From the NCBI RefSeq assembly GCF_018977255.1, contig NW_024704743.1, positions 11,596,001-11,660,000 of the forward strand: 64,000 nucleotides of DNA, given 5' to 3'. A program made the position numbers and the translations under genes. Origin of the DNA: Callorhinchus milii. Lineage: Eukaryota. This document shows positions 1-14,209 of the stretch, piece by piece. Each line of letters opens with the position of its first letter. Position 1 is the stretch's first letter. The notes beneath the pieces are model-generated. The model was given only the letters and a program-made list of their open reading frames with translations. It searched no databases and was not told the DNA's origin.

Positions 1-30
1 GTGTTTCAATATGTTTTTTTTTCTTATTTT

Positions 31-351
31 GGAGTCCTGTAGCTCAGTGGTTAGAGCACTCACTTTGCAAGCGAGAGACCTGAGTTCAATTCCAGGCAGA
101 GGGCGAAACCTTGGGCAAGTTTCCTTACTCCACACAGAGCCTAATAATAATCCCTCCAAAAACAAAAACAATAATAAATTGGTCATTTTCAATCTACGAC
201 TGTTTGTGGGACATTGCTGTGCGCAATTGGCTGCCGCGTTCACCCACAAATATACGGTCAATTCATACTCAGTGTATGTTCTGTGAAGCGCTTTGGGATG
301 TCCCCCGAAGTGAAAAGCGCTATATCAAATGCAAGGATTATTATTATTATT
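31..351 (+). mobile_element. Young tRNA(Ala)-derived SINE with Deu-domain segment and L2-type tail
   Basis: A-box TAGCTCAGTGG, TGC anticodon loop, B-box-like AGTTCAATTCC, Deu-like GTTTGTGGGACATTGCTGTGCGCAATTGGCTGCCG, tail GTGAAAAGCGCTATATCAAATG and (TTA)n; many copies in the window. Confidence 0.9.
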
Positions 352-849
352 TTATCTTCATGAAAGGCACTACACAAGTTGTTGCAATTAATTTCTCTAT
401 AACATCACCTTTTAGGTGGTTTCATGATTGTGACTCCAGCACAATTCGTTGTCTGAGGTGGCATAGCCTCTCTTGTCCAAAAATCAGCTCATTGAACAAC
501 AGTGTTCAACTTTCTGAAAATATTCAAACCTTAGAATGTTTAAATGGGTTCCCAGTGAGCAGGGTGAGCCCCATAGGGGAGAGAGTACATAATTCACTGG
601 ACTTTCCATGTATAACAACAACAAATTACATAGGTGGGATAATGTTTAAAAAAATATATAGAAAATACATGGAACTCTATCTGGTTTGAATAATTGTAGC
701 ATGGTGGTGAGTTTCCATAAGTGTCCGACCCCAACCAAAAATAAAATTCTCGATGACAATTTGTAGAACATTGCAGGCATCCTCAGGTTTTGGATTTGCT
801 GGCATGAACTCTTCACCGCTATAAATTATCACTTAGAAAAATCTGGTTT

Positions 850-2298
850 AATAACGGACAGACGACATGGATTTGTTAAAGGCAAGTCGTGTCTAACAAA
901 CCTAATAGAATTTTTTGATGAAATGACTGAGAGGGTGGATGAAGGTAGTGCAGTAGACGTAGTTTATCTAGATTTTCAAAGGGCATTTGACAAAGTGCCA
1001 CATAAGAGATTTAGAAACAAAATAAAAGCCCACAGTATTAAAGGGACCTTGGCAACATGGATCCAGAACTGGCTAGGTGACAGAAAGCAGAGAGTGGTAG
1101 TAAATGTTTGCTTTTCTGACTGGAGGGAGGTGTGTAGTGGCGTCCCTCAGGGGCCGGTATTGGGACCACTGCTCTTTCTGATCTATATTAATGATCTGGA
1201 CCTGGATATAGGGAGCACAATTTCCAAATTTGCAGATGATACCAAGCTAGGAAAAGTAGTTAATGGTGAGGAGGATAGCACCGGACTCCAAGAGGACTTA
1301 GACAGATTGGTAAAATGGGCAGAAACGTGGCAGATGAGAGTTAATGTGGAGAAAGGTGAAGTGTTGCATTTTGGTAGAAAGAATGAGGAGAGGCAATATA
1401 AGCTGATGGTACAATCTTAAAATGATACAATCTTAAACAATAATAAATTGGTCATTTCCAATCCACGACTGTTTGTTGGACATTGCTGTGCGCAATTGAC
1501 TGCTGCGTTTCGCCCACAAATATACGGTCAATTCACTTTAGAGCATATTCTGTGAAGTGCTTTGAGATGTCTAGAAGACTTGAAAAGCACTATATCAAAT
1601 GTAAGGATTATTATTATTATTATCTTAAAGGGGGCAAATGAACAGAGAGACCTGGGGGTCCACATAAGCAAATCTCTGAAGGTGGCAGGACAGGTAGATA
1701 AAGCTGCTAAAAAAGGATACGGGATACTAGGTTTTATAAATAGGGACATAGAATTCAAAAGTCAGGAGATTATGTTGAATATTTATAAAATGCTGGTTAG
1801 GCTTCAGTTGGAGTACTGCGTTCAGTTCTGGGCACCGCATTTTAGGAAAGATGTGAGGGCATTGGAGAGGGTGCAAAGGAGGTTTACCAGAATGTTAACG
1901 AAACTAGGATTATTCTCCCTAGAGCAGAGAAGCTTAAGAGGGGATTTAATAGAGGTTTTCAAGATCATGAGAGGATTTGATAGGCTGAACCGGGAAAAAC
2001 TGTTCCACTGGCATGTGGGTCAGTAACCCGAGGACAAGAAACAGAGCGGAGATTAGAAAAAAAAATTCACCCAGCAAGTTGTTCGGATCTGGAATGCTTG
2101 ACCTGAAAGGGAAGTGGAAGCCGATTCAATAACAACTTTTAAGAGAGAAGTAGATGGGTATTTGGGGTGAACAGGATTGCAGGGCTATGGAGAGAAAGTG
2201 GGCCAGTGGGATTGAGTTGGATTGCTCTTTTAGGAGCCGGCGCAGACGTGATGGGCCGAATGGCTACTTTCTGTGCTGTATGATTCTATGATTCTATG
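850..2298 (+). mobile_element. 5'-truncated CR1 LINE (RT to 3' end) interrupted by a truncated SINE at ~1437-1622
   Basis: YLDFQRAFDKVPH, GVPQG, KFADDTKL, LEYCVQFWAP motifs; (ATTCTATG)n 3' tail; the inserted SINE is flanked by ATCTTAAA repeats. Confidence 0.92.
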
Positions 2299-2639
2299 GC
2301 AGTGGCTCTCATATCTACATTTATATTTATATATTTTTTAAAACATTATCCCACATCAGCACTAAGCCCTGACATCTTAAAACTATGCTTTATTATCAAA
2401 TGTCAATTCCCCCTTTCAGACCACTCTGTTCCAGTGAATAAACCTGGAAGGAACTTGCATTAAAATTGACCAGTTTATCAAGAGTGACCATTAATTTGGG
2501 CAAAAGCATCTGAATATCGGCTTTGGGTCATAACAATAGCTGACGATTTGTTTTCATGCCTGAAGCAGAAAGCTAAAAGCAAGATTTTACACAAGGTTAT
2601 TTTCAAAACCTGAAGTGTCAAAATATTAGTTCTCTGGCA

Positions 2640-5600
2640 GTTTTAATTGCACTCTTAAACAAAGTCCTTGCCATCCATGACCTCATCCTGGATGAGTATT
2701 TGCCATCCTACGGCTCACAGAAACTTGGCTATCCCCCAATGATACAGTCCCCTTCATGGAAACCTTGCCCCCGGCTACACTTTCCAACCCAGCCCCCCAC
2801 CGCCGCTCCAAACTTTGCGGTAGTGGGTGGCCCTCATCTTCCAAACCTCCCTTGTCTATCCTACTCCTCTGACTTTTTCGCCTCATTTAAGCACCTCACC
2901 CCGTACCATCCCTCCTCTCTGTCCCTCAAAATTCTCCTAGTATTTGACCCTCCAAACCTCCTGGCTCCTTCCTCAAAGATATCTACCTTATATCCCCTCT
3001 CATTTCTGTCCCTCTTCACTGAACGCCTGTTCATCAAGGGCAACTTCAACCTTCACTTGAACTCCTTCTGCCCATCTATGCTGCTCTCCTCTCCACCCTG
3101 AACCTCATACTCCATATTAATTCCTCCACCCACAACAGCGACCACCCTCTTGACCTCGTCATCACGCACGGCCCAGACAACTCTGGTCTGTCCATCATGG
3201 ACAAGGCCATCTCTGACACTTCTTCATCTCCTTCTCCTCTCGTATCCCCCTTCCCTCCTCCAAGCTCTCTACTATCTTTTTCCATCAATGGAGAAAGCCT
3301 CCGCCCGAGTCCCGCACAAACGCCCTCTCATCCATGGACCTAACACCCTCTGGCTTTCCACCAGCAGTGATCCTGATGCAGCCATCGAGCTGTTAAACAA
3401 TCACCCCTCCTCCACCTTTAATTCACTTGTCCCCCTGAAATCCAGGATCATCACCAAACCTGTCCACTCCTCCTGGTACAATAGTCAACTCTGCTCTCTC
3501 AAATCACAAACCCGGTTGCTGGAGCGCAGATGGCACAAAACCAGCTTCATGGTTCACCGCTAGCTCAAACATCTTCACACCAAACGCCACTCCCTCTCAC
3601 AAACCAAAACTGCATTCTACTCAGGTCGTTCTGGAGGCCAAAAACGACTCCAAAATCCTGTTCTCCACCATCCACCACCTCCGCCCCGAACCCCATCAAG
3701 CACCTTCAATCCTAACATCAAATGCCAAGTGCAAAGAAGTCTTGGATTTCTTTATCTCCAAGATAGATAACATCCACCTGGCCGCCTCTTCCTGCTGCCC
3801 CATATCCCCCACCACCATTCCCCATTCCTTCTCCATCACCCACTCCTCCTCCCATGGGCCGCAACCTATATTCCTTTGCCTCCATCCCATTCCGACCTCT
3901 CATCCTCCATCACCTGCTGCTTTTACCCCCTCCCCACCCAGCTGCTGGTCGCTCAACTCTCTCTCCTCACCTACTGCTGGCAGACACAATAAATCAGTCC
4001 CTCTCCACAGGCTCAGTCCCACTCCTCCTCAAAATAGCTATCATCACTCCCCTCCTTTAAAAGCCTATTCTCGATCCCTTCAACCTCAAGCACTGCTGAC
4101 CTGGCCAAAGCCCTGGAACACGTTGTTGTAAACCAACTTCGCTCACAACTCAACCTCCACTCCCTCCTCGAACCTCTCCAGTCCGGTTTGCGCAAAGCGC
4201 AAAGCCCACAGGACAGAAACAGCGCTCGTCAAAGTAACAAATTACGTCTTCTCTCTCTAACAAATGATGTCCTGTGAGCAGGCCTCTGCCTTCTTGTCCT
4301 CCAGGACCTCTTTGCATTCAGCAGTCAACCATGCATACTTCTCCACCGCTTCTCCTCCCTCATCCACCTCAGTGGGACCGCACTAGCATGGTTCAAGTTC
4401 TACTTAACCAACTGCCAGCAATTCATCTCGGGAAATGGTATTTCCTCTTGCCCCGCCCGCTTTTCCTCATTTACATGCTCCCTCTCGGCGATGTCATCCG
4501 CAGACACATGATGGGTTTCCGCATGGGTCAGACATAGGCTGACAAAAAGGAGTCACTGGTTGCTCATTAAACATCTGACATCTGATTTAAGCTCTAACTT
4601 GGTTAATAGCAGATACCAGGGATTTTATGTGAGTCAAATGATGAGCAGCACAACTCTGCATGAACTGTGTGAGTATATTGCTATCTACCATCTTCCAGGA
4701 CACAAACCACTACCCTTGTGGTTTGGATAGATGAACAAATGATCATGAACCAGTTCAGGTAACTTCTTCTAGTAGCTGTTGTCCCAAGCCTTAGGGTTTC
4801 CTTACCAGTTATCAACAGAATCTGCCTTCAGTGTGATGGAAGGACCTGTACAAGAGAGTTTGTGAAGTGCCAGCAACCTTGATGTTCTGGAGTCCAAGTT
4901 CTTTATTTTGGTCAGCTGAATGTCTGACACACGTATGCGGATGTCACCCAAAACTACTTCTCGTCCTTCAGCTGCGACTCCCAGTACATATGTACATCAA
5001 GGCTTGGCTAAGCGCAAATTTCCTGCAGCTGAATGTCGCAAGAGGGAAACCATACTCTTTGGCTCCGGTTAACGTCTTCTCTCCTGCGGGTCTGAACTCC
5101 TCAAACTCCCTGGACTCTCCCTCAAACTCTGTCAAACCCGTACGTAATGTAGGGGTGAGATTTTATCCCCAGCTCTCCTTTCTACCACACATTCGCTTTT
5201 TTCCACCTCTGCCACATTGCCCGCCTTCGTCCGTATCTCACAACCGACACAGCTGAAACCCTTGACCACGCTTTCGTCACTTCCCAGCTGGACTATTCTA
5301 ACGCCCCCCTCGCTGGTCTCTCCAGCTCCACCATACACAAAATCCAATTATTTCAAATCTCTGCCTCCCAGTTACTCACCCGCACAAAACTCTGTACCCC
5401 TATCACACCAATCCCTGCCAAGCTCCAACTGGCTCCCAATCACGGAACGGATCGATTTCAAGATCCTCTCTTGTTTTCAAATCCCTTCGTGCCTTCCCAA
5501 CCACCTACCTATCTGACTGCTTAATTCCCACTCCACCACTTACTGCCTCTGCTCGGCTGGCTCCGGCCTCCTGTTTGTCCCTTGTGCCGTCCATTCCACA

Positions 5601-5760
5601 ATCAATGCCTGTGCCTTCAGCCACTACACCCTGAAACTCTGAAACTCTTTCACTCAATCCCACCCCTTGCCCGCTCCCTCCCCACCTTCAAATCCCACCT
5701 GAAGACCCTTCCCTTTTGATCGTGTTTATGGTTACCTGACCTTCCCTCTCCCTTTGACTT
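2640..5760 (+). mobile_element. Degenerate L2 LINE (APE endonuclease, RT, 3' end), broken by ~400 bp of unrelated DNA at ~4520-4930
   Basis: GNFNLHL, HPLDLVIT...KAISD, LQSG, YMLPLGDVIRRH and NFLQLN fragments across frameshifts. Confidence 0.85.
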
Positions 5761-6049
5761 GTTGTCAGACTCCCGGATGCAGGATGCGTTCCTCTGGGGA
5801 GAGAATACGCATCCAAACAGAAATTTCCATGTGTAGGTGGCATAAATGGAATTCTCAGTTTGGTTTGGTACAAAGTTAATGATAAGACTGACAGCAGTTA
5901 ATACAAGTTAGCAACCTGATTTAGAAAGCTTAAAAGTAAATCAAACGGAAATTTCAAAAACATCATGGAGACCTACAACAAAGTAGGAGGCCACTTGACC
6001 AATTGAATTTGTGTTGGTGTTTGCTTCTCCAATGAAGCCATCCATCTCA

Positions 6050-7316
6050 ATCCCGCTGACCAGGACAGCCTTCCTCCATCTCTGCCACACTGTCCGCCTC
6101 CAACCGTACCTTACCTCAAAGCAGCCGAAACCCTCGTGCATGCGTTTCTCACCTCCCGCCTGGATAAATCAAACGCACTCCTTGCGGGGCTCCCTCAGCT
6201 CCACTATTCAAAAAATCCAGCTGATTCAGAACTCTGCTGCCCACATACTTATCCGGACCAAACTCCGTCCTTCCATCTCAACAGTACGAGCCAGGCTCCA
6301 CTGGCTCCCCATCACCAAACGGATTGACTTCAAGATCCTCACACTTCCATTCACTCCCTGGCACCTCCCTACCTCTCCAACCTCTTCACTCCCCAATTCA
6401 CCCAGTGCCTCCATTCGACTGGCACCGGCCTCCTACTTGTCCCTCACATCCTTCTCTCCACCACCGGAGATCCCACTTTCAGCCACTACGCCCCAAAACT
6501 GTGGAACACTCTCCCTCAATCCCTACGCCTTGCGCCCTCTCTCCCCTTTCTCATGTCCTGCCTGAAAACATTCCTTTTCGACCGTGCTTACAGTCACCTC
6601 CCCACCAACCTCCCAGCTCGGAGTCAGACTGTTAAGCACTCTGAGACGCTACGCTGCGAGGAGAGCACTATATAAGTGGAGGGTACCAGGAATGAGGGAC
6701 TTCAGTTATGAGGAGAGGCTTCCCTTCCCCTCCTTTCTCGCTCCCTGACCCCTGATGTGAAAGGTGCTATACAAATGTAATCTTGCTGCTGCTGTTGTTG
6801 AGGCAAGAGAAGCTAGGATTATTCTTCTTGGAGCAGAGAAGGTTAAGAGCAAACTTAATAGAAGTTTTCAAAATTATGAGGGGATTCAATAGGGTGAATA
6901 AGGAGAAACTATTTCCATTGGCAGGTGGGTCGGAAACCCGAGGGCACCGATTTAAAATAGTTCTTAAATGAAACAGAGGGGAGGTAAGAAGAATTTTTTT
7001 CACGCAACGAGTTTTTCGGATCTGGAATGCATTGCCTGAAAAAGTGGTGGAAGCCGATTCGCTAACAACGTTTAAGAGAGCAGTAGATAATTATTTGGAG
7101 AGGACAAGTTTACAGGGCTATGGGGAGAGAGCAGGGGAGTGGGATTAATATTGATAGCTCTTTTAAAAGAGCCAGCACAGACACAATGGGCTGAAAGGCC
7201 TCCTTCAGCTCGGGTCCGTAACTCTGTCTGTCCAGCATCTTGGGATGTCCTCTCGACATGAAAGGCGCTATACAAATGTAATTTTGTTAGTGTTGTATAA
7301 TTCTATGATTCTATGA
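6050..7316 (+). mobile_element. Cluster: L2 3' fragment (6050-6680), then a CR1 3' end with two nested L2 tails
   Basis: AFLTSRLD, IQNSAAH and LHWLPI (L2); LGLFFLEQRRLR and TRGHRFK (CR1); tails ending in GTT-rich repeats and ATTCTATG. Confidence 0.85.
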
Positions 7317-7469
7317 AGTGCAAGTTGCTGTAAGCAGGGGGGCAGCTTCCCTGCTCAGTCAGTGCAGAGCTTGCAGTGACTGAGGCATTAAAAAAGATTT
7401 TTTAGCTGACCAAACAAGGCATATTTTGATTGACAGAAAATTGTCAAACGTCATAAGGTGAACTGCAAA

Positions 7470-7722
7470 TAAAATTGGTCATTCACTCCATGGCAAGTGC
7501 ATTCGCCCACAAATCATACAGTCACACCATTTCACAGTGAATTCATTGAAGCACTTTGATACACCTCAGCAATGTAATACAGCACTATATCAAATAATAA
7601 TAATCTTTGCATTTGATATAGTGCCTTATCACTTTGTTGGGATGACTCAAAGTGCTTCAAGGAATATATTGTAAAGTGGATTGACTGAGTATTTTGTGGG
7701 GGAAATGCAAGGATTATTATTA
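7470..7722. mobile_element. Two old SINE 3' fragments, tail to tail in opposite orientation
   Basis: Deu and L2-tail sequence on plus (~7470-7600) and minus (~7597-7700). Confidence 0.6.
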
Positions 7723-8159
7723 TCATAAAGTTTTTGATCAAAAAGTCTAATGAAAAAAACTAAGTTTCAAAAACAGAGAAACACTGAAATAATCTTAAAA
7801 AACACCTTTCTATGTTGTCCAATAAAAATGAATCCAAGCATGTTGATTGGCCTTGAATCTAATTAGAATAATTCCATCTATAAAGCCCCTCTGAAAAATC
7901 AGTCCTAATAATTGTTACAACAGGGCCTCAAGCTAAAATTATACCACTCATCCATATTGCTAAATCTTTTTTTTAAAATAAATCAATCGTTAATTTTTAA
8001 GACAAGTGCATCACTCACTACTTCCATACAATTCCCACTGGGTGCTTTACACTGGGAACACATAGCACCTGTTGCAAATAACATCACTCCATCACAGCAA
8101 CGAACAAGCTGCAGACCAGATCGCCACATTATAAATTGTTTCACTCTGTAGGTATCAGC

Positions 8160-8640
8160 CTTACTCAGTTGGCTGATTCTTGTATGCTTCAGAAGTTGTG
8201 GGTTCAAACCCCATGTCGAATTTGTAACTCACAAAGTCTAAGATGACTTTCCAATGCAGTGCTGAGGGAGTGCTGAATGTGATGTCCTTCAGGCAAGATA
8301 TAAAACCGAGATTCTGTCTACCCATTGATGTGGATTTTAAGGAGTTCATTGCACTATTCAAAAAGAGAAGGGAGTTTCTGTCCTGGCCAGCAATTTCCCA
8401 ATAAAATCGGTTATTTTATCGGTTATGCTGTTTGTGAGACATTGCCGTGTGCAAATAGGCTGCAATGTTTGCCTACAACAGCAACTTGCATTTATATAGC
8501 GCTCCTCAGGGAGGGTAGTGTCCCAGAGCGTTACTAGATACTACAGTGTAGTCACTACACTTTACAGTAAATCCTGTGAAGTGCTTTCAGCCACCTCCTG
8601 ATGTAAAAAGTGCTATATCAAATGCAAGGACTATTATTTA
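8160..8640 (+). mobile_element. Old full-length Deu-domain SINE (SacSINE1/AmnSINE-like)
   Basis: GGTTCAAACCCC B-box, TGCAGTGCTGAGGGAGTGCTG, AAACCGAG, GCACTATTCAAAAAGAG..GGGAGTT..GTCCTGGCCA, then Deu 3' part and L2 tail. Relatives at ~11040-11280(-), 18000-18340(-), 30385-30725(-), ~48990-49145(+). Confidence 0.75.
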
Positions 8641-11280
8641 ATCCAAACCATTTTCTTCATGGCACAGCAGGACAAAGGGTTTAAAATAACATTAACATTG
8701 TTAAAAAAGAATAATGTTCGTGCAATGTGACATACAGATTAGATAGCCTCTGCAATTTGGGGAACATCTTATCGGCTGGCAGAGGAAAAATACTAGCCCT
8801 CCAGTTCAGATATGCTAGTGACTCTTTCAGTTTGAAAAGAGTTTTCTTTTAGAGATAAGGGGAATGAATTAGAAACTTTGGTAATCTTTACTACAGCTGA
8901 CAGGATGAGGTGACATGAACAAGCTGGGCTCTAACATAGTTTCCTTCCTATCTCATTTAGAAGAACAGTGTTCTTTTACCTTCTAATTAAGAGCTATAAC
9001 AGTGCAGAACAATTACTCATTTCAAACTTTGAGACCAGTCAGACAGACCTCAATAAACTGTCCAGTCTCATACATTCCTGTACTCCCATGTTCTGGTGGC
9101 AAGACTCGGCTTTTCATAACCAAGTTAAAAGGGACATGATGCAGATTTAACTTTATATGGTGCATCAACATTACCGTAGCATACTAGATATTCACAATTT
9201 AATTTATTGCTGAAATAACATCACATTCAAAATGTCACTACATCCTGTGAGTTGTTTTGCACAACTTATTGTGGAAGTATATGGATTTATGTTTAACCAA
9301 AGATATTACAAAAAAATGAAAGATTGCTGTGTGTACATTAACTGTAATGTTCTCCTACAACTAGACACGCTTCACAGTATAACCTGTGAAACAGAGATGT
9401 CATCCTGACATGGAAGTCACTATTTCAAGTGCAAGGATTATTTCATGGTTTCTTATTAAAAAGAATGACTGTAATGGAGAGGAGAGAAACAAATTCTTTC
9501 AGAGGGTGTTTGGAAAGTGGAATCTCAGCCATAAACCACTGTTTAGGACGATTCCATAAGTAGGGAATTAAAGTATGCTTGAAAAGGTGAATTACATGGT
9601 TTGAAGAAGCAAGCGGAACAGCAGGTTTAGGTGGAGGAAATGACCAGCACAGCCTTTATGCTGCAACATTCTATGATTCTCTTTGGTAACTGCTGCTCTA
9701 TTCCTTTCCCGTTCTATATTAGGTCTCCTAATCTTTTTTCATCTGCTTCTTTAATAGTCTTAAAAGTCTTACCATCCTTTGCACTTTACAAATCTTCCTT
9801 TTTTCCCCCAGATATCAAATAACTGATGAGGAAACTCTTGAGGCTTGGGACCACAGCTGCTGGAAGGCATTACCTGCAGTCCAGTTTGTGACCCACATGC
9901 TCATACATCCAGGGCTTAGTATCTACCTTCATTGGCGTGCAGAGGCAAGCAGCTGCTGCTGAAGCTCTTTACTCTCACTGGTAGAAGTAATGTTCACTCA
10001 ATGGGTAATGACAGACATCCAAATTGTGTGCAGGATTACTCTCACACAATTGTGTGGCATTACTCTCACACAATTCATGTTCAGTTATGCTGTTTGCAAG
10101 CAGTTTCCTGGTGCTTCCTAATGAGGGCTCAAACCTGGGTCTGTCAAGGCTCAAACCTGCACTTGTTTGGTTTCAAATTTCCAACTAGTGACTAACCCCC
10201 TTTGAGGGAGCGGAAGGAGGGGAGGTAAGCAGTGTCTCCTGGGGTTGAGCTGACTCCAAGGTGAAATCAAGTCAATCCTTTGGGATGTGTCAGGTGGGGC
10301 ATGTACTTGGCACGCATATTTACAACATTTTGAAGAACATCTGTTTATTTATCTTGTGGAGTTCGCCTCATCACCCGGTGTTTGTCGCTAAACTCAGTCC
10401 TCATCTACCTAAAATTGGTCAGTGTAAAAGGTGTATGCTAAGGTATTGTTTCACAAATCAGAGTGAACTTTAATGTGCAATGTTCACTATTGACTAGTAG
10501 CTCAGTATAACACGAGATTTCCGCACACCAATTATCTTAATTTCTATTTAACTGCATTGATGTTCCAATGCAGAGTGAGAAGAGGATGATAACTCCTAAT
10601 GTAATTTTTTTTTAAAGTTTGGACTGCAGCCAATTTGTATTTGTGGATCTATATTCACCCAGAAAATACAGTCAATTCACTTTACAGTATATTCTGTGAA
10701 GCACGCAAGACATCTCGAAGATGTGATGAAGCGCTATATCAAATGCAAGGATTATTATTATTATGCATGTCCAATAGTCCACACTGCTTGTTTATCAGCA
10801 ATAGAACCCATCCCAAATAGCACAGATAATCAATTAGTCCAGACCAATCTTGTGTGAAGACAGAAATTTAAGTTGTAAGGAAAACTGAATTTCAATGAAG
10901 CAACTTAACTGTCTGAAAAAACAATTGGAGCCTCTAAATGAATATGGCCTGCCCTCGTGTGGCAAGTTCAAATTACTGCATCTAGAAAAATTCCAAGATC
11001 AGAGGTTCACTGCTGCAGACCCAATCTGATTGAATAATAATCCTCCTTGCATCTTTCACTTCAGGAGCACATTTCAAAGTGGTTCACAGAATATACTGTA
11101 AAGTCTGATATGGATAGACTGTATTTTATTGATGAAATGTGGCAGGTAACATTGCACAAACAAACATAAAGTGAATACCAATTTTATTTGGAGGTTGTTG
11201 ACCAGGATACCAGGAGAAACGGCCTTCTCTTTTGGAAAAGTGTCAGAATCATTAATGTCCTTAATGTCCAACATTAATGT

Positions 11281-14184
11281 TGACCCGAGCCCCCTCACCC
11301 CCTCCCTCCCTCCCCCCTCCTCTCTCCCCCCAAACCCTCCCCCCTCTGCATCTCTCCCGCTCTCTCCTCCTCTCTCTCCGTCCCTCTCGTCTTCTATCCC
11401 CACTTGACCCTCCCACAACCTCCCTCTGCTCCAGCCTGGGAATCCTCCGCCGGGCTCACCGTGGCACTCGGCGTTGGCTGTCCAGCAGCAGCCACACCGA
11501 CTGCCCCATTCCCCACCACTCTCGCCAGCCACCCCGGACACAGACCCGGGGAGTCAACCTCTCCTCCCTCATCCCCATTCCCCCACCCCTGCCTCACAAC
11601 CTGGACCCCCCTCCCCTCCCACACACCCTTCTGTCAACCGCTCCCTCCACATCGGACTGCAAAATGTCCGCTCCCTCTGCAACAAGGCCCTGGTCATCAA
11701 CGATCTCATCCTTGATGAGAACGTTGATATCATGGCCTTAACAGAAACGTGGCTCACCCCAGGCGACACCTTCCCCCTCACGGAGGCCACGCCACCCGGC
11801 TACACCTCCCACCACATCCCCCGCCCCAACCGCCGTGGCGGTGGTGTTGCCCTTATCTCAAGGACACCACTTGCCCTATCTCCCTACTCCACTGGCTCTT
11901 TCCCCTCCTTTGAGCACCTCACCCTCTCCCACCCCTCATTCCTCTCCCTTAAAATCCTCCTCCTCTACCGGCCCCCTAAAACCTCTCCCACCTTCATCTC
12001 TGACATTTCAACACTCCTCACATCTCTTTGCCTCTCCTCTGATCGCCTCATCATCCTGGGCGACTTTAACCTACACTTCACCCCCTCCTGCTCCATCTCC
12101 ACAGACTTCTCTTCCCTGCTCTCCTCACTCAACCTTTCCCTACACATAAACTCCCCCACTCACAGTCACGGCCACCCACTCGATTTGGTGATCACCCGGG
12201 GCCTCAGTGTCTCGGATGTCACTATTACCGACAAGGCCATCTCCGACCACTACTTCATCTCCTTCACCACCTCCACCCCCCTCCCCACCTCCACCAGACC
12301 CACCACCATCTTCTACCGCCCTTGGAAGAAGTTACCCCCACAATCCCTAACCGATGCCTTGGAGTCCTCTGAACTCCTCTCCCTCTGGCCTTCAACCCTC
12401 ACCGACCCCTCTTCTCCTCTCTCCCTCCTCCACAATATCCTCTCCTCCACACTCGATACTCTTGCCCCCATCACTTCCCGCACTGTCTCCTACTCCCGCT
12501 CCTCCCCCTGGTACACCACCCACCTCCGCTCACTGAAATGCCAGGTGCGGGCTGCTGAGCGCACCTTTGTCAAATCTGGCCTAACGGTCCACCGACAAAT
12601 CTGGCTGGACCTCCTCAAAATTTACCGCTCCACTCTAGCCTCGGCCAAGTCGTCCTTCTACTCCAGGATAATCCTGGAGGCGAAGAACAACCCCAGGCTA
12701 CTGTTTTCCACCACATCCCGACTCCTCCGTCCCCCCGCCACCCCGCGCAGGTCATCTCCTCCAACCTTCACTGCGAGGAGATGCTGGATTTCCTTGAATC
12801 CAAGATCAAGGGAATCCGCTCCGCGGTCACTTCCCCTCCAACTTCCACCCACCACCCACCCCTTCCCTCCCACACTCCGACTCCTACCCATCCTCCCCTA
12901 CACACCTTCGTACCCGTTTCCCCACCCTCTGTCACTGAACTCATCCTATCCCTAAAACCAACCACCTGCTCCCTTGACCCCATCCCCACTCCACTCCTTA
13001 TCTCCCAGCTCCATTTTCTTGCCCCACACATCACTGACATCATAAACCTGTCCCTCTCCTCTGGCTCTGTCCCCATTCCATTAAAAACTGCCATCATCAC
13101 GCCCACCCTGAAAAAACCCTCCCTTGATGCGTCGCAGCTATCAAGCTACCGGCCCATCTCCAACCTCCCCTTTCTCTCCAAGGTCTTGGAAAGAGTTGTC
13201 GCCTCCCAACTGCGCTCTTTCCTTTCCACCCATTCTCTTTTTGAACCCCTTCAGTCAGGTTTCCGTGCTGCTCATAGCACAGAAACTGCCCTGGTCAAGG
13301 TCACCAATGATATCCTGACCATCTGTGACCAGGGCTCCCTCTGTCTCCTCGTCCTCCTCGACCTATCGGCAGCATTCGATACGGTCGACCACGCTATCCT
13401 ACTCCACCGCTTGTCCTCCCACCTCAACCTTCAAGGCACTGTCCTTGAATGGTTTAGCTCTTACCTTTCCCACCGTCTTCACTTCGTCTCAACGAATGGC
13501 TTCTCCTCCACCCCCCGTACTGTCTCATGTGGTGTCCCTCAGGGCTCTGTCCTCGGTCCCCTCCTCTTCACCCTCTATATGCTCCCCCTTGGTGACATCA
13601 TCCGCAAACATGGGGTTAACTTCCACATGTATGCGGATGACACCCAACTCTACCTTTCCTCCTCTACTCTCAACTCCACGACCACCGATGTCCTGACAGC
13701 CTGCCTGTCCGACATCGAGTCCTGGACGAGAGACAACTTTCTTCAGCTCAACGTGCGAAAAACCGAGGCCCTCCTGATTGGCTCACGTCAGCGCCTCCGC
13801 ACCTCAGGCGCTGACACCATCAGCATCCAAGGCTGCACTCTCCACCTCTCAAAGCCAGTCAGGAACCTCGGCGTTTTGTTCGACCCTGAGCTGTCCTTTC
13901 TCCCTCACATCCGCACCACAACTGGCACCGCCTTCCATCACCTCCGGAACATCGCCAGACTACGGCACTACCTCACCCCTCACGCTGCTGAAACCCTGGT
14001 TCACGCCTTTGTCACCTCAAGGCTGGACTATGGGAACTCTCTCCTCGCCGGCCTTCCCGCCACCTCCCTCCACAAGCTGCAGGTCATTCAGAACTCTGCA
14101 GCTCGTGTACTGTCCCGCACCAGGCTTCGGGACCACATCACTCCCACCCTCGCTCGCCTCCACTGGCTCCCCATCCCCCAGAGG
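11281..14184 (+). mobile_element. Young near full-length L2 LINE ORF2 (APE endonuclease plus RT), truncated by the assembly gap
   Basis: ORFs 11474..12955 (QNVRSL, ALTETWL, LGDFNLH, ISDH) and 12781..14184 ([32 protein letters not shown]). No stop codons; two apparent frameshifts in C-rich tracts. Confidence 0.95.
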
Positions 14185-14209
14185 NNNNNNNNNNNNNNNN
14201 NNNNNNNNN
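14185..14209. other. Assembly gap (25 N)
   Basis: Run of n characters. Confidence 1.

Noticed and set aside
111..689. Recurrent ORFs starting MGKFPYST / MESCSSVVRAL as a small gene family
   Set aside because: They are conceptual translations of the SINE consensus.
5941..5972. Possible XYLB exon 14 (gttgtag|GT..GLHDVFEISV, loosely like GFYFDVMEIT)
   Set aside because: In-frame TGA after 10 codons and only weak similarity; most likely chance.
10022..10075. Short direct plus palindromic repeat ATTACTCTCACACAATT x2
   Set aside because: Two units only, consistent with local slippage; not CRISPR-like and no sign of function.
12730..12780. Programmed frameshift between L2 endonuclease and RT ORFs
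   Set aside because: L2 ORF2 is normally one frame and the shift falls in a C-rich tract, so an indel or sequencing error is simpler.
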